This document shows, piece after piece, positions 1-13,519 of a DNA stretch of 64,000 nucleotides; position 1 is the first letter of the stretch; the number at the start of each line of letters is the position of its first letter. The position numbers and the translations under genes were made by a program. The DNA lies in NCBI GenBank assembly GCA_030390025.1, contig CM059438.1:59150001-59214000 (forward strand), read 5' to 3'. Under the pieces are notes generated by a model. The model saw nothing but the letters and a program-made list of their open reading frames with translations. It was not told where the DNA came from and did no database searches. This DNA is from Squalus acanthias. Taxonomy: Eukaryota.

Positions 1-3000
1 TATCCTCAATAAACCAGGACCGTATCATCAATAAACCAGGACCGTATCATCAATAAACCAGGACTGTATCATCAATAAACCAGGACTGTATCATCAATAA
101 ACCAGAACCGTATCATCAATAAACCAGGACCGTATCATCAATAAACCAGAACCGTATCATCAATAAACCAGGACGGTATCATCAATAAACCAGCACCGGA
201 TCATCAATAAACCAGGATCGGATCATCAATAAACCAGGATGGTATCATCAATAAACCAGGACCGTATCATCAATAAACCAGGAACGGATCATCAATAAAC
301 CAGGACCGGATTATCAATAAACCCGGAACGGATCATCAATAAACCAGGACTGTATCATCAATAAACCAGGACCGTATCATCAATAAACCAGGACCGGATC
401 ATCAATAAACTAGGACCGTATCATCAATAAACCAGCACTTATCATCAATAAACCAGGATCGGATCATCAATAAACCAGGATGGTATCATCAATAAACCAG
501 GACGGTATCATCAATAAACCAGGACCGTATCATCAATAAACCAGCACCGTATCATCAATAAACCAGGCCTGTATCATCAATAAACAAGGACGGTATCATC
601 AATAAACCAGCACCGGATCATCAATAAACCAGGATCGGATCATCAATAAACCAGGATGGTATCATCAATAAACCAGGACCGTATCATCACTAAACCAGGA
701 ACGGATCATCAATAAACCAGGACCGGATTATCAATAAACCCGGAACGGATCATCAATAAACCAAGACCGTATCATCAATAAACCAGGACCGGATCATCAA
801 TAAACTAGGACCGTATCATCAATAAACCAGCTCCGGATCATCAATAAACCAGGTCCGGATCATCAATAAACCAGGATCGCAACATCAGTAAACCAGGACC
901 GGATTATCAATAAACCAGGACCGTTTCACCAATAAACTAGGACCGTATCATCAATAAACCAGTACCGGGTCATCAATAAACCAGCACCGTATCATCAATA
1001 AACCAGGACCGGATCATCAATAAACCAGGATAGGATCATCAATAAACCAGGATGGTATCATCAATAAACCAAGACTGTATAATCAATAAACCAGGACCGG
1101 ATCATCAATAAACCAGGATCGGATCATCAATAAACCAGGATGGTATCATCAATAAACCAGAACCCTATCATCAATAAACCAGGAACGGATCATCAATAAA
1201 CCAGGACCGGATTATCATTAAACCAGGAACGGATCATCAATAATCCAGGATGGTATCATTAATAAACCAGGACCGGATCATCAATAAACCAGGACTGTAT
1301 CCTCAATTAACCAGGACAGGATCATCAACAAACCAGGACCGTATCATCAATAAACCAGGACCGGATCATCAATGAACCAGAACCGTATCATCAATAAAAC
1401 GGGACCGGATCATCAATAAACCAGGACCGTATCATCAATAAACCAGGACCGGATCATCAATAAAAAAAGGACCGGATCATCAATAAACCAGCACCGTATC
1501 ATCAATAAACCAACACCGTATCATCAATCATCCAGGACCCTATCATCAATAAACCAGGAACGTATCATCAATAAAAAAAGGACCGTATCAATAAAACAGG
1601 ACCATATCATCAATAAACCAGGACCGGATCAATAAAACAGGACCATATCATCAATAAACCAGGACCGTATCATCAAAAACCAGGACCGGATCATCAATAA
1701 ACAAGACCGTTTCAGCAATAAACTAGGACCGTATCATCAATAAACCAAGATCGTATCATCAATAAACCAGCACCATATCATCAATAAACCAGGACCGGAT
1801 CATCAATAAACCAGGACCGGATCATCAATAAACCAGCTCCGGATCATCAATAAACCAGGACCGGATCATCAATAAACCAGGATCGGATCATCGATAAACC
1901 AGGATACGATCATCAATAAACCAGGATGGTATCATCAATAAACCAGCACCGGATCATCAATAAACCAGGACCGTATCATCAATAAACCAGCTCCGGAACA
2001 TCAATAAACCAGGACCGGATCATCAATAAACCAGGATCGGATCATCGATAAACCAGGATAGGATCATCAATAAACCAGGATGGTATCATCAATAAACCAG
2101 GACCGTATCATCAATAAACCAGGACCGGATCATCAATAACCAGGACCGGATCATCAATAAACCAGCACCGGATCATCAATAAACCAGGACCGGATCATCA
2201 ATAAACCAGGATGGTATCATCAATAAACCAGGACCGTATCATCAATAAACCAGCACCGTATCATCAATAAACCAGCACCGTATCATCAATAAACCATGAC
2301 CCGATCATCAATAAACCAGAACCGTCTCATCAATAAAAAAAGGACCGTATCATCAATAAACCAGGACCGTATCATCAATAAACCAGGACTGGATCAATAA
2401 AACAGGACCGTATCATCAATAAACCAGGACCGTATCATCAAAAACCAGGACCGGATCATCAATAAACCAGGACCGTTTCACCAATAAACTAGGACCGTAT
2501 AATCAATAAACCAGCACCGTATCATCAATAAACCAGGACCGTATCATCAATAAACCAGGACCGGATCATCAATAAACCAGGACCGTGTCATCAATAAACC
2601 AGGATCGGAGCATAAATAAACCAGGACCGGATCATCAATAAACAAGGACGGTATCATAAATAAACCAGGACCGGATCATCAATAAACCAGGATCGGATCA
2701 TCAATAATCCAGGATGGTATCATCAATAAACCAGCACCATATCATCAATAAACCAGGACCGTATCATCAATAAACCAGGACCGTATCATCAATAAACCAG
2801 GACCGTATCATCAAAAACCAGGACCGGATCATCAATAAACCAGGACCGTTTCACCAATAAACTAGGACCGTATCATCAATAATCCAGGATGGTATCATCA
2901 ATAAACCAGGACCGTATCATCAATAAACCAGGACCGGATCATCAATAAACCAGGACCGTATCATCAATAAACCAGGATCGGAGCATAAATAAACCAGGAC

Positions 3001-6000
3001 CGGATCATCAATAAACAAGGACGGTATCATAAATAAACCAGGACCGGATCATCAATAAACCAGGATCGGATCATCAATAATCCAGGATGGTATCATCAAT
3101 AAACCAGGACCGTATCATCAATAAACCAGGACCGTATCATCAATAAACCAGGACCGGATCATCAATAAACAAGGACGGTATCATAAATAAACCAGGACCG
3201 GATCATCAATAAACCAGGATCGGATAATCAATAATCCAGGATGGTATCATCAATGAACCAGGACCGTATCATCAATAAACCAGGACCGTATCATCAATAA
3301 ACCAGGACTGTATCATCAATAAACCAGGACTGTATCATCAATAAACCAGAACCGTATCATCAATAAACCAGGACCGTATCATCAATAAACCAGGACCGTA
3401 TCATCAATAAACCAGGACAGTATCATCAATAAACCAGGACTGTATCATCAATAAACCAGAACTGTATCATCAATAAACCAGAACTGTATCATCAATAAAC
3501 CAGGACCAGATCACCAATAAACCAGGATAGGATCATCAATAAAGCAGGACTGTATCATCAATAAACCAGAACTGTATCATCAATAAACCAGGACCAGATC
3601 ACCAATAAACCAGGATAGGATCATCAATAAAGCAGGACTGTATCATCAATAAACCAGGACCAGATCACCAATAAACCAGGATAGGATCATCAATAAAGCA
3701 GGATGGTATCATCAATAAACCAGGACCGTATCATCAATAAACCAGGACCGGATCATCAATAACCAGGACCGGATGATCAATAAACCAGGAACGTATCATC
3801 AATAAACCAGGACTGTATCATCAATAAACCAGGACTGTATCATCAATAAACCAGAACCGTATCATCAATAAACCAGGACCAGATCACCAATAAACCAGGA
3901 TAGGATCATCAATAAAGCAGGATGGTATCATCAATAAACCAGGACCGTATCATCAATAAACCAGGACCGGATCATCAATAACCAGGACCGGATCATCAAT
4001 AAACCAGGACCGGATCATCAATAAACCAGGACCGGATCATCAATAAACCAGGATGGTATCATCAATAAACCAGGACCGTATCATCAATAAATCAGCACCG
4101 TATCATTAATAAACCAGCACCATATCATCAATCATCCAGGACCCTATCATCAATAAACCAGGACCGTATCATCAATAAAAAAAGTACCGTATCATCAATA
4201 AACCAGGACCGTATCGTCAATAAACCATGACTGGATCAATAAACCAGGACCGTATCATCAATAAACCAGGATCGGATCATCAATAATCCAGGATGGTATC
4301 ATCATCATCAATAAACCAGGACTGTATCATCAATAAACCAGGACTGTATCATCAATAAACCAGAACCGTATATCAATAAACCAGGACCGTATCATCAATA
4401 AACCAGAACCGTATCATCAATAAACCAGGACCGTATCATCAATAAACCAGGACAGTATCATCAATAAACCAGGACCATATCATCAATAAACCAGGACCGT
4501 ATCATCCATAAACCAGGACCGTATCATCAATAAACCAGGACCATATCATCAATAAACCAGGACCGTATCATCCATAAACCAGGACCGTATCATCAATAAA
4601 CCAGGACCGTATCATCAATAAACCAGCACCGTATCATCAATAAACCAGGACCGTATCATCAATAAACAAGGACGGTATCATCAATAAACCAGGATCGGAT
4701 CATCAATAAACCAGGACCGGATCATCAATAAACCAGGACCGTATCATCAAACACCAGGACCGGATCATCAATAAACCAGGACTGTATCCTCAATAAACCA
4801 GGACAGGATCATCAATAAACCAGGACCGTATCATCAATAAACCAGGACCGGATCATCAATGAACCAGAACCATATCATCAATAAACCGGGACCGGATCAT
4901 CAATAAACCAGGACCGTATCATCAATAAACCAGGACCGGATCATCAATAAACCAGCACCGTATCATCAATAAACCAGGACCCTATTATCAACAAACCAGG
5001 ACCGTATCATCAATAAAAAAAGGACCGGATAATCAATAAACCAGCACCGTATCATCAATAAACCAGCACCGTATCATCAGTCATCCAGGACCCTATCATC
5101 AATAAACCAGGACCGTATCATCAATACAAAAAGGACCGTATCAATAAAACAGGACCATATCATCAATAAACCAGGACCGGATCAATAAAACAGGACCATA
5201 TCATCAATAAACCAGGACCGTTTCATCAAAAACCAGGACCAGATCATCAATAAACCAGGACCGTTTCAGCAATAAACTAGGACCGTATCATCAATAAACC
5301 AGGACCGGATCATCAATAAACCAGCTCCGGATCATCAATAAACCAGGACCGGATCATCAATAAACCAGCTCCGGATCATCGATAAACCAGGATAGGATCA
5401 TCAATAAACCAGGATGGTATCATCAATAAACCAGGACCTTATTATCAATAAACCCGGACCGGATCATCAATAACCAGGACCGGATCATCAATAAACCAGG
5501 ACGGATCATCAATAAACCAGGATGGTATCATCAATAACCAGGACCGTATCATCAATAAACCAGCACCGTATCATCAATAAACTAGCACCGTATCATCAAT
5601 AAACCATGACCCGATCATCAATAAACCAGAACCGTCTCATCAATAAAAAAAGGACCGTATCATCAATAAACCAGGACCGTATCATCAATAAAGCAGGACT
5701 GGATCAATTAAACAGGACCGTATCATCAATAAACCAGGACCGTATCATCAAAAACCAGGACCGGATCATCAATAAACCAGGTCTGTTTCACCAATAAACT
5801 AGGACCGTATCATCAATAAACCAGCACCGTATCATCAATAAACTAGGACCGTATCATCAATACACCAGGACCGGATCATCAATAAACCAGGACCGTATCA
5901 TCAATAAACCAGGATCGGAGCATAAATAAACCAGGACCGGATCATCAATAAACAAGGACGGTATCATAAATAAACCAGGACCGGATCATCAATAAACCAG

Positions 6001-7092
6001 GATCGGATCATCAATAATCCAGGATGGTATCATCAATAAACCAGGACCGTATCATCAATAAACCAGGACCGTATCATCAATAAACCAGGACCGTATCATC
6101 AATAAACCAGGATCGGAGCATAAATAAACCAGGACCGGATCATCAATAAACAAGGACGGTATCATAAATAAACCAGGACCGGATCATCAATAAACCAGGA
6201 TCGGATCATCAATAATCCAGGATGGTATCATCAATAAACCAGGACCGTATCATCAATAAACCAGGACCGTATCATCAATAAACCAGGACTGTATCATCAA
6301 TAAACCAGGACTGTATCATCAATAAACCAGAACCGTATCATCAATAAACCAGGACCGTATCATCAATAAACCAGGACCGTATCATCAATAAACCAGGACC
6401 GTATCATCAATAAACCAGGACCGTATCATCAATAAACCAGGACAGTATCATCAATAAACCAGGACTGTATCATCAATAAACCAGAACTGTATCATCAATA
6501 AACCAGGACCGTATCATCAATAAACCAGGACCGTATCATCAATAAACCAGGACCGTATCATCAATAAACCAGGACTGTATCATCAATAAACCAGAACTGT
6601 TTCATCAATAAACCAGGACCGTATCATCAATAAACCAGGACCAGATCCTCAATAAACCAGGATCGGATCATCAATAAACCAGGACCGGATCATCAATAAA
6701 CAAAGACGGTATCATCAATAAACCAGCACCGGATCATCAATAAACCAGGATCGGTTCATCAATAAACCAGGAAGGTATCATCAATAAACCAGGACCGTAT
6801 CATTAATAAACCAGGAACGGATCATCAATAAACCAGGACCGGATTATCAATAAACCAGGACCGGATCATCCATAAACCCGGACCGGATCATCAATAAACC
6901 AGCACCGTATAATCAATAAACCAGGCCCGGATCATTAATAAACCAGGATGGTATCATCAATATACCAGCACCGTAACATCAATAAACCAGCACCGTATCA
7001 TCAATAAACCAGCACCGTATCATCAATTAACCAGGACCGTATCATCAATAAACCAGCACCGCATCATCAATAAACCAGCACCGTATCATCAT
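1..7092. repeat. 22-bp tandem satellite, consensus TATCATCAATAAACCAGGACCG, roughly 320 copies, running off the left edge
   Basis: Continuous 22-bp periodicity read directly; variation is concentrated in the GGACCGT/GGACCGG/GCACCGT/GGATGGT part of the monomer. Confidence 0.99.
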
Positions 7093-7885
7093 GCTGTACC
7101 TGCCCTGGGAGTGTTTGATGGGTCAGTGCAGAGGGAACTTTACTCTGTATCTAACCCGTGCTGGACCTGCCCTGGGAGTGTTTGATGGGACAGTGTAGAG
7201 GGAGCTTTACTCTGTATCTAACCTGTGCTTTACCTGCCCTGGGAGTATTTGATGGGACAGTGTAGAGGGAGCTTTACTCTGTATCTAACCCGTGCTGTAC
7301 CTGCCCTGGGAGTGTTTGATGGGACAGTGTCGAGGGAGCTTTACTCTGTATCTAACCCGTGCTGTATCTGCCCTGGGAGTATTTGATGGGACAGTGTAGA
7401 AGGAGCTTTACCTGCCCTGGGTGTGTAGAGGGAGCTTTACTCTGTATCTAACCCGTGCTGTACCTGCCCTGGGAGTGTTGGATGGGACAGTGTAGTGGGA
7501 GCTTTACTCTGTATCTAACCCGTGCTTTACCTGCCCTGGGTGTGTTTGATGGGACAGTGTAGAGGGAGCTTTACTCTGTATCTAACCCGTGCTGCTCCTG
7601 CCCTGGGAGTGTTTGATGGGACAGTGTAGAGGGAGCTTTACTCTGTATCTAACCCGTGCTGCTCCTGCCCTGGGAGTGTTTGATGGGACAGTGTAGAGGG
7701 AGCTTTACTCTGTATCTAACCCGTGCTGTACCTGCCCTGGGAGTGTTTGATTGTACAGTGTAGAGGGAGCTTTACTGTGTATCTAACCCGTGCTGTACCT
7801 GCCCTGGGAGTGTTTGATTGTACAGTGTAGAGGGAGCTTTACTCTGTATCTAACCCACGTTGTACCTGTCCTGGGAGTGTTTGCT
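7092..7885. repeat. 67-bp minisatellite (CTGTATCTAACCCGTGCTGTACCTGCCCTGGGAGTGTTTGATGGGACAGTGTAGAGGGAGCTTTACT), about 12 copies
   Basis: CTCTGTATCTAA recurs at 7143, 7210, 7277, 7344 (period 67). Confidence 0.97.
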
Positions 7886-8113
7886 GCTGACACTCGTTCC
7901 CTTATTCAAGCGGTAGAATAGTGAATATGTTACTGGACTTGTAATCCAGAAGCCTGGAATAATGATCCGGAGACGTGAGTTTAAATCCCTCCATGGCAGC
8001 TGTGGAATTCAAATTCAGTTAATTAATAAATCTGGAATAAAAAGCTAGTATCAGTAATGGTGACCATGAAACAACTGGATTGTCGTAAAAACCCATCTGG
8101 TTCACTAATGTCC

Positions 8114-8836
8114 ACAGTGCCAGCTGTGGCTCAGTGGGTAGCACACTCGCCTCAAAGTCAGAATGTTGTGGGTTCAAGTCCCACTCCAAGGACTTGAGCA
8201 CAAAGAGATAGGCTGACACTCCAGTGCAGTACTGAAGGAGAGCTGCACTGTCGGAAGTGCCGTCTTTCAGATGAGATGTTAAACTGAGGCCCTGTCTGCT
8301 CTCTCAAGTAGATGTAAAAGATCCCATGGCACGACAGGAATCCCTCTTCAACCGCGGGGATACGTCCTTGAAAACCCCCCGTGGTTAGTAAAACTGCGGT
8401 TGGCAAATTCACTATCAAGAAAAAGCCTATAAATAGCATAAAAATCATGTTTTTTACCTTGTTCCTAAATTGAAAACCGCGGATACGCGAATTTCACTGC
8501 CGCGGTTGACAAAAATTGCCGCAGAGCGGAAACCGTGTATCCGTGAAATCCGAGTATGGCAAAACCTGCGGTTGGGGAGGAATCCCTGTATTTGGAAGAA
8601 GAGCAGGGGAGTTATCCCCGGTGTCCTGGCCAATATTTATCACTCAATCAACATCACTAAAACAGATTATCTGGTCATTATCACATTGCTGTTTGTGGGA
8701 CCTTGCTGTGCGCAAATTGACTGCCGCGTTTCCCACATTGCAACAGTGACTCCACTTTAAATAGTACTTCATTGGCTGTAAAGCGCTTTGAGACGTCCGG
8801 TGGTCGTGAAAGGCGCTATATAAATGCAAGTCTTTC
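8114..8836 (+). mobile_element. tRNA-derived Deu-domain SINE (SacSINE1-like) with L2-type tail, inserted in the LINE-A 5'UTR
   Basis: A box TGGCTCAGTGG, B box GGTTCAAGTCC; core GTAAAAGATCCCATGGCAC...GGGGAGTTATCCCCGGTGTCCTGGCCAA; tail AAAGCGCTTTG...GGCGCTATATAAATGCAAG; host resumes as aatgtcc|tttagggaagg. Confidence 0.85.
8335..8588. mobile_element. Tc1/mariner (Tigger/pogo-like) MITE inserted in the SINE
   Basis: Imperfect ~23-bp TIRs: CAGGAATCCCTCTTCAACCGCGG vs reverse complement CAGGGATTCCTCCCCAACCGCAGG; inserted at the TA of the SINE sequence ggcacTAttt (right TA intact, left copy reads GA). Confidence 0.8.
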
Positions 8837-9039
8837 TTTAGGGAAGGAAATCTGCTGCCTATATGTGACTCCTGACCCACAGCAATGTGGTTGACTCTTA
8901 ACTGCCCCCTGAAATGGCCGAGCAAGCCACTCAGTTGTATCTAACCGCTGGGAAAAACAATAAGAATAAAACCGGACGGACCACCCGGCATCGACCTAGG
9001 CACCAGATTTAGACATGGCAAAGGCACACCCAGCCCAGT

Positions 9040-11601
9040 CAACCCTGCAATGTCATCCTCACTAACATCTGGGGACATGTGTCAAAATTGGGAGAGCTGT
9101 CCCACAGACTAGTCAAGCAACAGCCTGAAATAGTCATACTCACAGAATCATACCTTTCAGCCAATGTCCCAAACTCCTCCATCACCATCCCTGGGTATGT
9201 CCTGTCCCACCGGCAGGACAGACCCACCACGGGTGGTGGCACAGTGATATACAGTCGGGAGGGAGTGGCCCTGGGAGTCCTCAATGTTGACTCCGGGCCC
9301 CATGAAGTCTCATGGCTTCAGGTCAAGCATGGGCAAGGAAACCTCCTGCTGATTACCACCTACCACCCTCCCTCAGCTGACGAATCAGCACTCCTCTATG
9401 TTGAACACCACTTGGAAGAAGGACTGAGGGTAGCAAGGGCACAGAATGTACTCTGGGTGGGGGATTTCAATATCCGTCACCAAGAATGGCTCGGTAGCAC
9501 CATTACTAACCGAGCTGGCCGAGTCCTGAAGGACATAGCTGCCAGACTAGGACTGCGACAGGTGGTGAGAGAACCAACACAAGGGGAAAAACTTACTTGA
9601 CCTCGTTCTCACCAATCTACATGTCGTAGATGCATCTGTCCATGATGGTATTGGTAGCAGTGACCACCGCACAGTCTTTGTGGAGACCAAGTCCCGTCTT
9701 CCCACTGAGGACACCCTCCATCGTGTTGTGTGGCACTACAACCGTGCTAAATGGGATAGATTCAGAACAGATCTAGCAGCTCAAAACTGGGCATCCATGA
9801 GGCGCTATGGGCCATCATCAGCAGCAGAATTGTATTCCACCACAATCTGTAACCTTATGGCCCGGCATATACCTCACTCTACCATTACCATCAAGCCAGG
9901 GGACCAACCCTAGTTGAATGAGGAGTGCAGAAGAGCATGCCAGGAGCAGCACCAGGCGTACCTAAAAATGAGGTACCAACCTGGGGAAGCTGCAACACAG
10001 GACTACATGCATGCTAAAAAATGGAAGCAGCATACTATAGAAGGAGCTAAGCGATCCCACAACCAATGGATCAGATCAAAGCTCTGCAGTCCTGCCACAA
10101 CCAGTCGTGAATGGTGGTGGACAATTAAACAACTAACAGGAGAAGGAGGCTCCTTGAACATCCCCATCCTCAATGGTGGCGGAGCCCAGCACATGAGTGA
10201 ATAAGACAAGGCTGAAGCGTTGCAACCATCTTCAACCAGAAGTGCCGAGCGGATGATCCATATCGGCCTCCTCCTGAGGCCGCCACAATCACAGAAGTCA
10301 GTTTTCAGCCAATTCGATTCACTCCACGTGATATCAAGAAATGGCTGAACGCACTGGATACAGCAAAGGCTATGGGCCCCGAAAACATCCTGGCTGTAGT
10401 GCTGAAGACTTGTGCTCCAGGACTAGCTGTGCCTCTAGCCAAGCTGTTCCAGTACAGCTACAAAACTGGCATCTACCCGACAAAGTGGAAAATTGCCCAG
10501 GTATGTCCTGTCCACAAAAAGCAGGACAAATCCAATCCGGCCAATTACCGCCCTATCAGTCTACTCTCAATCATCAGCAAAGTGATGAAAGGTGTCATCG
10601 ACAGCGTTATCAAGCGGCACTTACTCACCAGAACCTACTCACTGATGCTCAGATTTGGTTCTGCCAAGACCACTCGGCTCCATTCTCGTTAAAGCCTTGG
10701 TCCAAGCATGGACAAAAGAGCTGAATTCTAGAGTCGAGGTGAGAGTGACTGCACTTAACATCAAGGCAGCATTTGACCGAGTGTGGCATCAAGGAGCCCG
10801 AGTAAAACTGAAGTCAATGGGAATCAGGGGTAACCTCTCCACTGGCTGGAGTCATAACTAGCACAAAGGAAGATGGTTGTGATTGTTGGAGGTCAATCAT
10901 CTCAGCCCCAGGACATCGCTGCAGGAGTTCCTCAGGGCAGTGTCCTAGGCCCAGCCATCTTCAGCTGCTTCATCAAGGACCTTCCCTCCATCCTGTCAGA
11001 AGTGGGGATGTTCGCTGATGACTGCACAGTGTTCAGTGCCATTCGAAACTCCTCAGATAATGAAGCAGTCCATGCTTGCATGCAACAAGACCTGGACGAC
11101 GTTCAGGCTTGGGCTGATAAGTGGCAGGTAAAATTCGCGCCAAGCAAGTGCCAGGCAATGACTATCTCCAACAAGCAAGAGTCTAACCACCTCCCCTTGA
11201 CATTCAATGGGATTACCATCGCCGAATCCCCCATCATCAACATCCTGGGGGTCACCATTGATCAGAAACTTAACTGGACCAGCCACATAAATATTGTGGC
11301 GACAAGAGCAGGTCAGAGGCTGTGTATTCTGCTGCGAGTGTTTCACCTCCTGACTCTCCAAAGCCTTTCCACCATCAACAAGGCACAAGTCAGGAGTGTG
11401 ATGGAATATTCTCCACTTGCCTGGATGAGTGCAGCTCCAACAACACTCAAGAAACTCAACACCATCCAGGACAAAGCAGCCCGCTTGATTGGTGTCCCAT
11501 CCTACACCTTAAACATTCACTCACTCCACCACCGGCGTACCGTGGCTGCAGTGTGTACCATCTACAAGATGCACTGCAGCAACTCGCCAAGGCTTCTTTG
11601 A
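9040..11601 (+). pseudogene. Fragmented APE endonuclease-reverse transcriptase of LINE-A
   Basis: IVILTES, VGDFN, SDH (endonuclease); NYRPISLLS, AFDRV, GVPQGSVLGP, MFADD (RT), spread over several frames with stops. Confidence 0.92.
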
Positions 11602-12217
11602 CAGCACGTAACAAACCTGCGACTTCTACCAGCTAGAAGGTCAAGGGCAGGAGGCGCATGGGAACACCACCACCTCCAAGATCCCCTCCAAGTCACACAC
11701 CATCCTGACTTTGAAATATATCGCCAATCCTTCATCGTCGCTGGGTCAACATCCTGGAACTCCCTCCCTAACAGCACTGTGGGAGCACCTTCACCACACG
11801 GACTGCAGCGGTTCAAGTAGGCGGCTCACCACCACCTTCTCAAGGACAATTAGGGATGGGCAATAAATGCTGGCCTTGTCAGCGACGCTCACATCCCGTG
11901 AATGAATAAAAAAAGAGAAAGTGTTAATTAAGGTGTCTCACTTTGATGGACTGAGTACAGAACCTCCCGAAACTCTCCATATATAAATGTATTGTTTGAT
12001 ATGTTGCTGAGCAACCCTCAGTATCTTGGTGCCTGAAGGTTTAAGATGTGTTTATTGAGAGTGATTTCAGCTGGGTGTGGATGTGACAGTCAGGATGGTT
12101 ATATTTATAATTGATAGAGGTGCGACTGAGCTGTGCTGGGAGGGAGACAATCACATATTATAGTTACGGTCATGTTCAGAGGGAGTTTGCACATGTTTTG
12201 TCGATGGTGAGAATGTA

Positions 12218-12319
12218 ATGAGGACCCTGTCAGGGTTCCTGCTCCTGTTCACTGTCCTCGGACCCCTGCCGGTGGAGGCACATGTGTGGAGAGGTCTCAG
12301 GCCCCGTCCCCACGCCCAG
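12218..12319 (+). other. Candidate signal-peptide-encoding exon (MRTLSGFLLLFTVLGPLPVEAHVWRGLRPRPHAQ|gtagat); paralogues at 15608-15709 and 19741-19842
   Basis: ATG, basic n-region, hydrophobic h-region, V-E-A cleavage-like site, followed by CAG|GTAGAT; no downstream exons identified. Confidence 0.3.
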
Positions 12320-12650
12320 GTAGATAGATATAGACAGATATATCGAGATATATATATAGATAGATATATAGATATAGATACATATTGACCTATTATAGAC
12401 AGATACCGAGATATAGATAGGTATATAAACACACATAGCCTGCCCACTGATACCTGGTGCTGCCCTGAAGAGGCTGCTGTAGCTCTGGTATCAGCCCTCT
12501 GACTCTGGTCCACTTCTCGTTCTGTTTAACGCCATGGCCCTCGATTTACTTCCCTGGATTTGGAACATTTCTCCCGTGCAGCCGAGTAGGCAGTTTAGGA
12601 GTGAGGGAGGGGCAGGGGCATGAGTTCTGAGCCCCAGTTATTGGAAGCAC

Positions 12651-13430
12651 TGTAGAATAGAGCTTATCTGTAGGATTTGATAATGTTTTAAATGTAATGC
12701 TTTTCTTACATTATTATATATCATAGTAATTTTATGTTCGAAGCATAAAACCTCTGTTACAATATGTATAACCTTAGTTAAAAAGACACTACGCTGAGAA
12801 GCAAAGCACGATGGTAAATGATGCCAACTTGATGTAATTCTGTAAAATGGTCTGTTAGGGAAACAAGGAGATAGTGGGGAAGAAGAAATTCAGCAACATT
12901 GCAAAAGAAGATAGGGGGCTGGAGACAGGCACCACTCCCTATCTCTCAAAAATGCAGAACCGGCTAAATAATGAGCTGATTAAGAAGCAAATAGACATCT
13001 GTGAGATCTGAGTGTGAAGGTTGTTCTCAGATAAGGATAGCTTGGTATGCAAGAAATGAGGCGTGAGAGGGTGACTGAAATAACAGATACCAGACAGTTA
13101 ATGAAGGCCACATAGGCACAGGGGAGAACAAGGTATAAACGAGCAGTTATTGAACACTGAAGGCAGCGCGAAACCAAAGGAAGGGAAACTTCAGTCAACA
13201 GAACACAGCAAGACTAAGAAGAGACTGCGCCGCAGTCACTCGGTGGGCACACATCTGGGGTCCCGAGGAACGGATTGCGACTATCATCTTGTTCAGTATT
13301 ACTTCTTTGTACTAGATGTAAAATGCTTAATAAATCTGTTCTACTTATACACAGGATACCTGTACCAGGAGTGGTCTGTTATAGTCATGGACAATCTAAA
13401 TATAAATTACGGATCTTAAGAAATCCTACA
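12651..13430 (+). mobile_element. Solo LTR, 780 bp
   Basis: TGTAG...CTACA termini; 4-bp TSD GCAC (12647-12650, 13431-13434); AATAAA at 13329; absent from cassette copies 2 and 3. Confidence 0.9.
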
Positions 13431-13519
13431 GCACTGCCAATGGCGCTGAGGGTTGCTGGTGGTGGGTAGGACCCCTGACCTCATGCGCCCCAATTCTCAA
13501 CACACCTGTTTTTCCAATG

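Larger units (their letters stand above)
7910..11914 (+). mobile_element. LINE-A: near full-length, decayed CR1-group non-LTR retrotransposon with tRNA-like 5' head and a single APE-RT ORF
   Basis: tRNA-like head at 7910-7995; 5'UTR interrupted by a SINE; endonuclease and RT motifs downstream; ends GTGAATGAATAAAAAAA at ~11914. Homologous along its length to LINE-B (30609-43218). Confidence 0.9.

Noticed and set aside
1..7885. CRISPR-like appearance of regular short repeats
   Set aside because: No unique spacers, no cas genes, and a vertebrate context; these are simple tandem arrays.
8120..8190. tRNA genes here and at 13870, 18870, 20616, 30609 and 41777
   Set aside because: A/B boxes continue directly into SINE or LINE bodies, with no complete cloverleaf or terminator.
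12447..12495. Hairpin CTGATACC...GGTATCAG containing CTGAAGAG as a miRNA or hammerhead
   Set aside because: Only an 8-bp perfect stem and no GAAA core; its presence in three copies just reflects the duplication.
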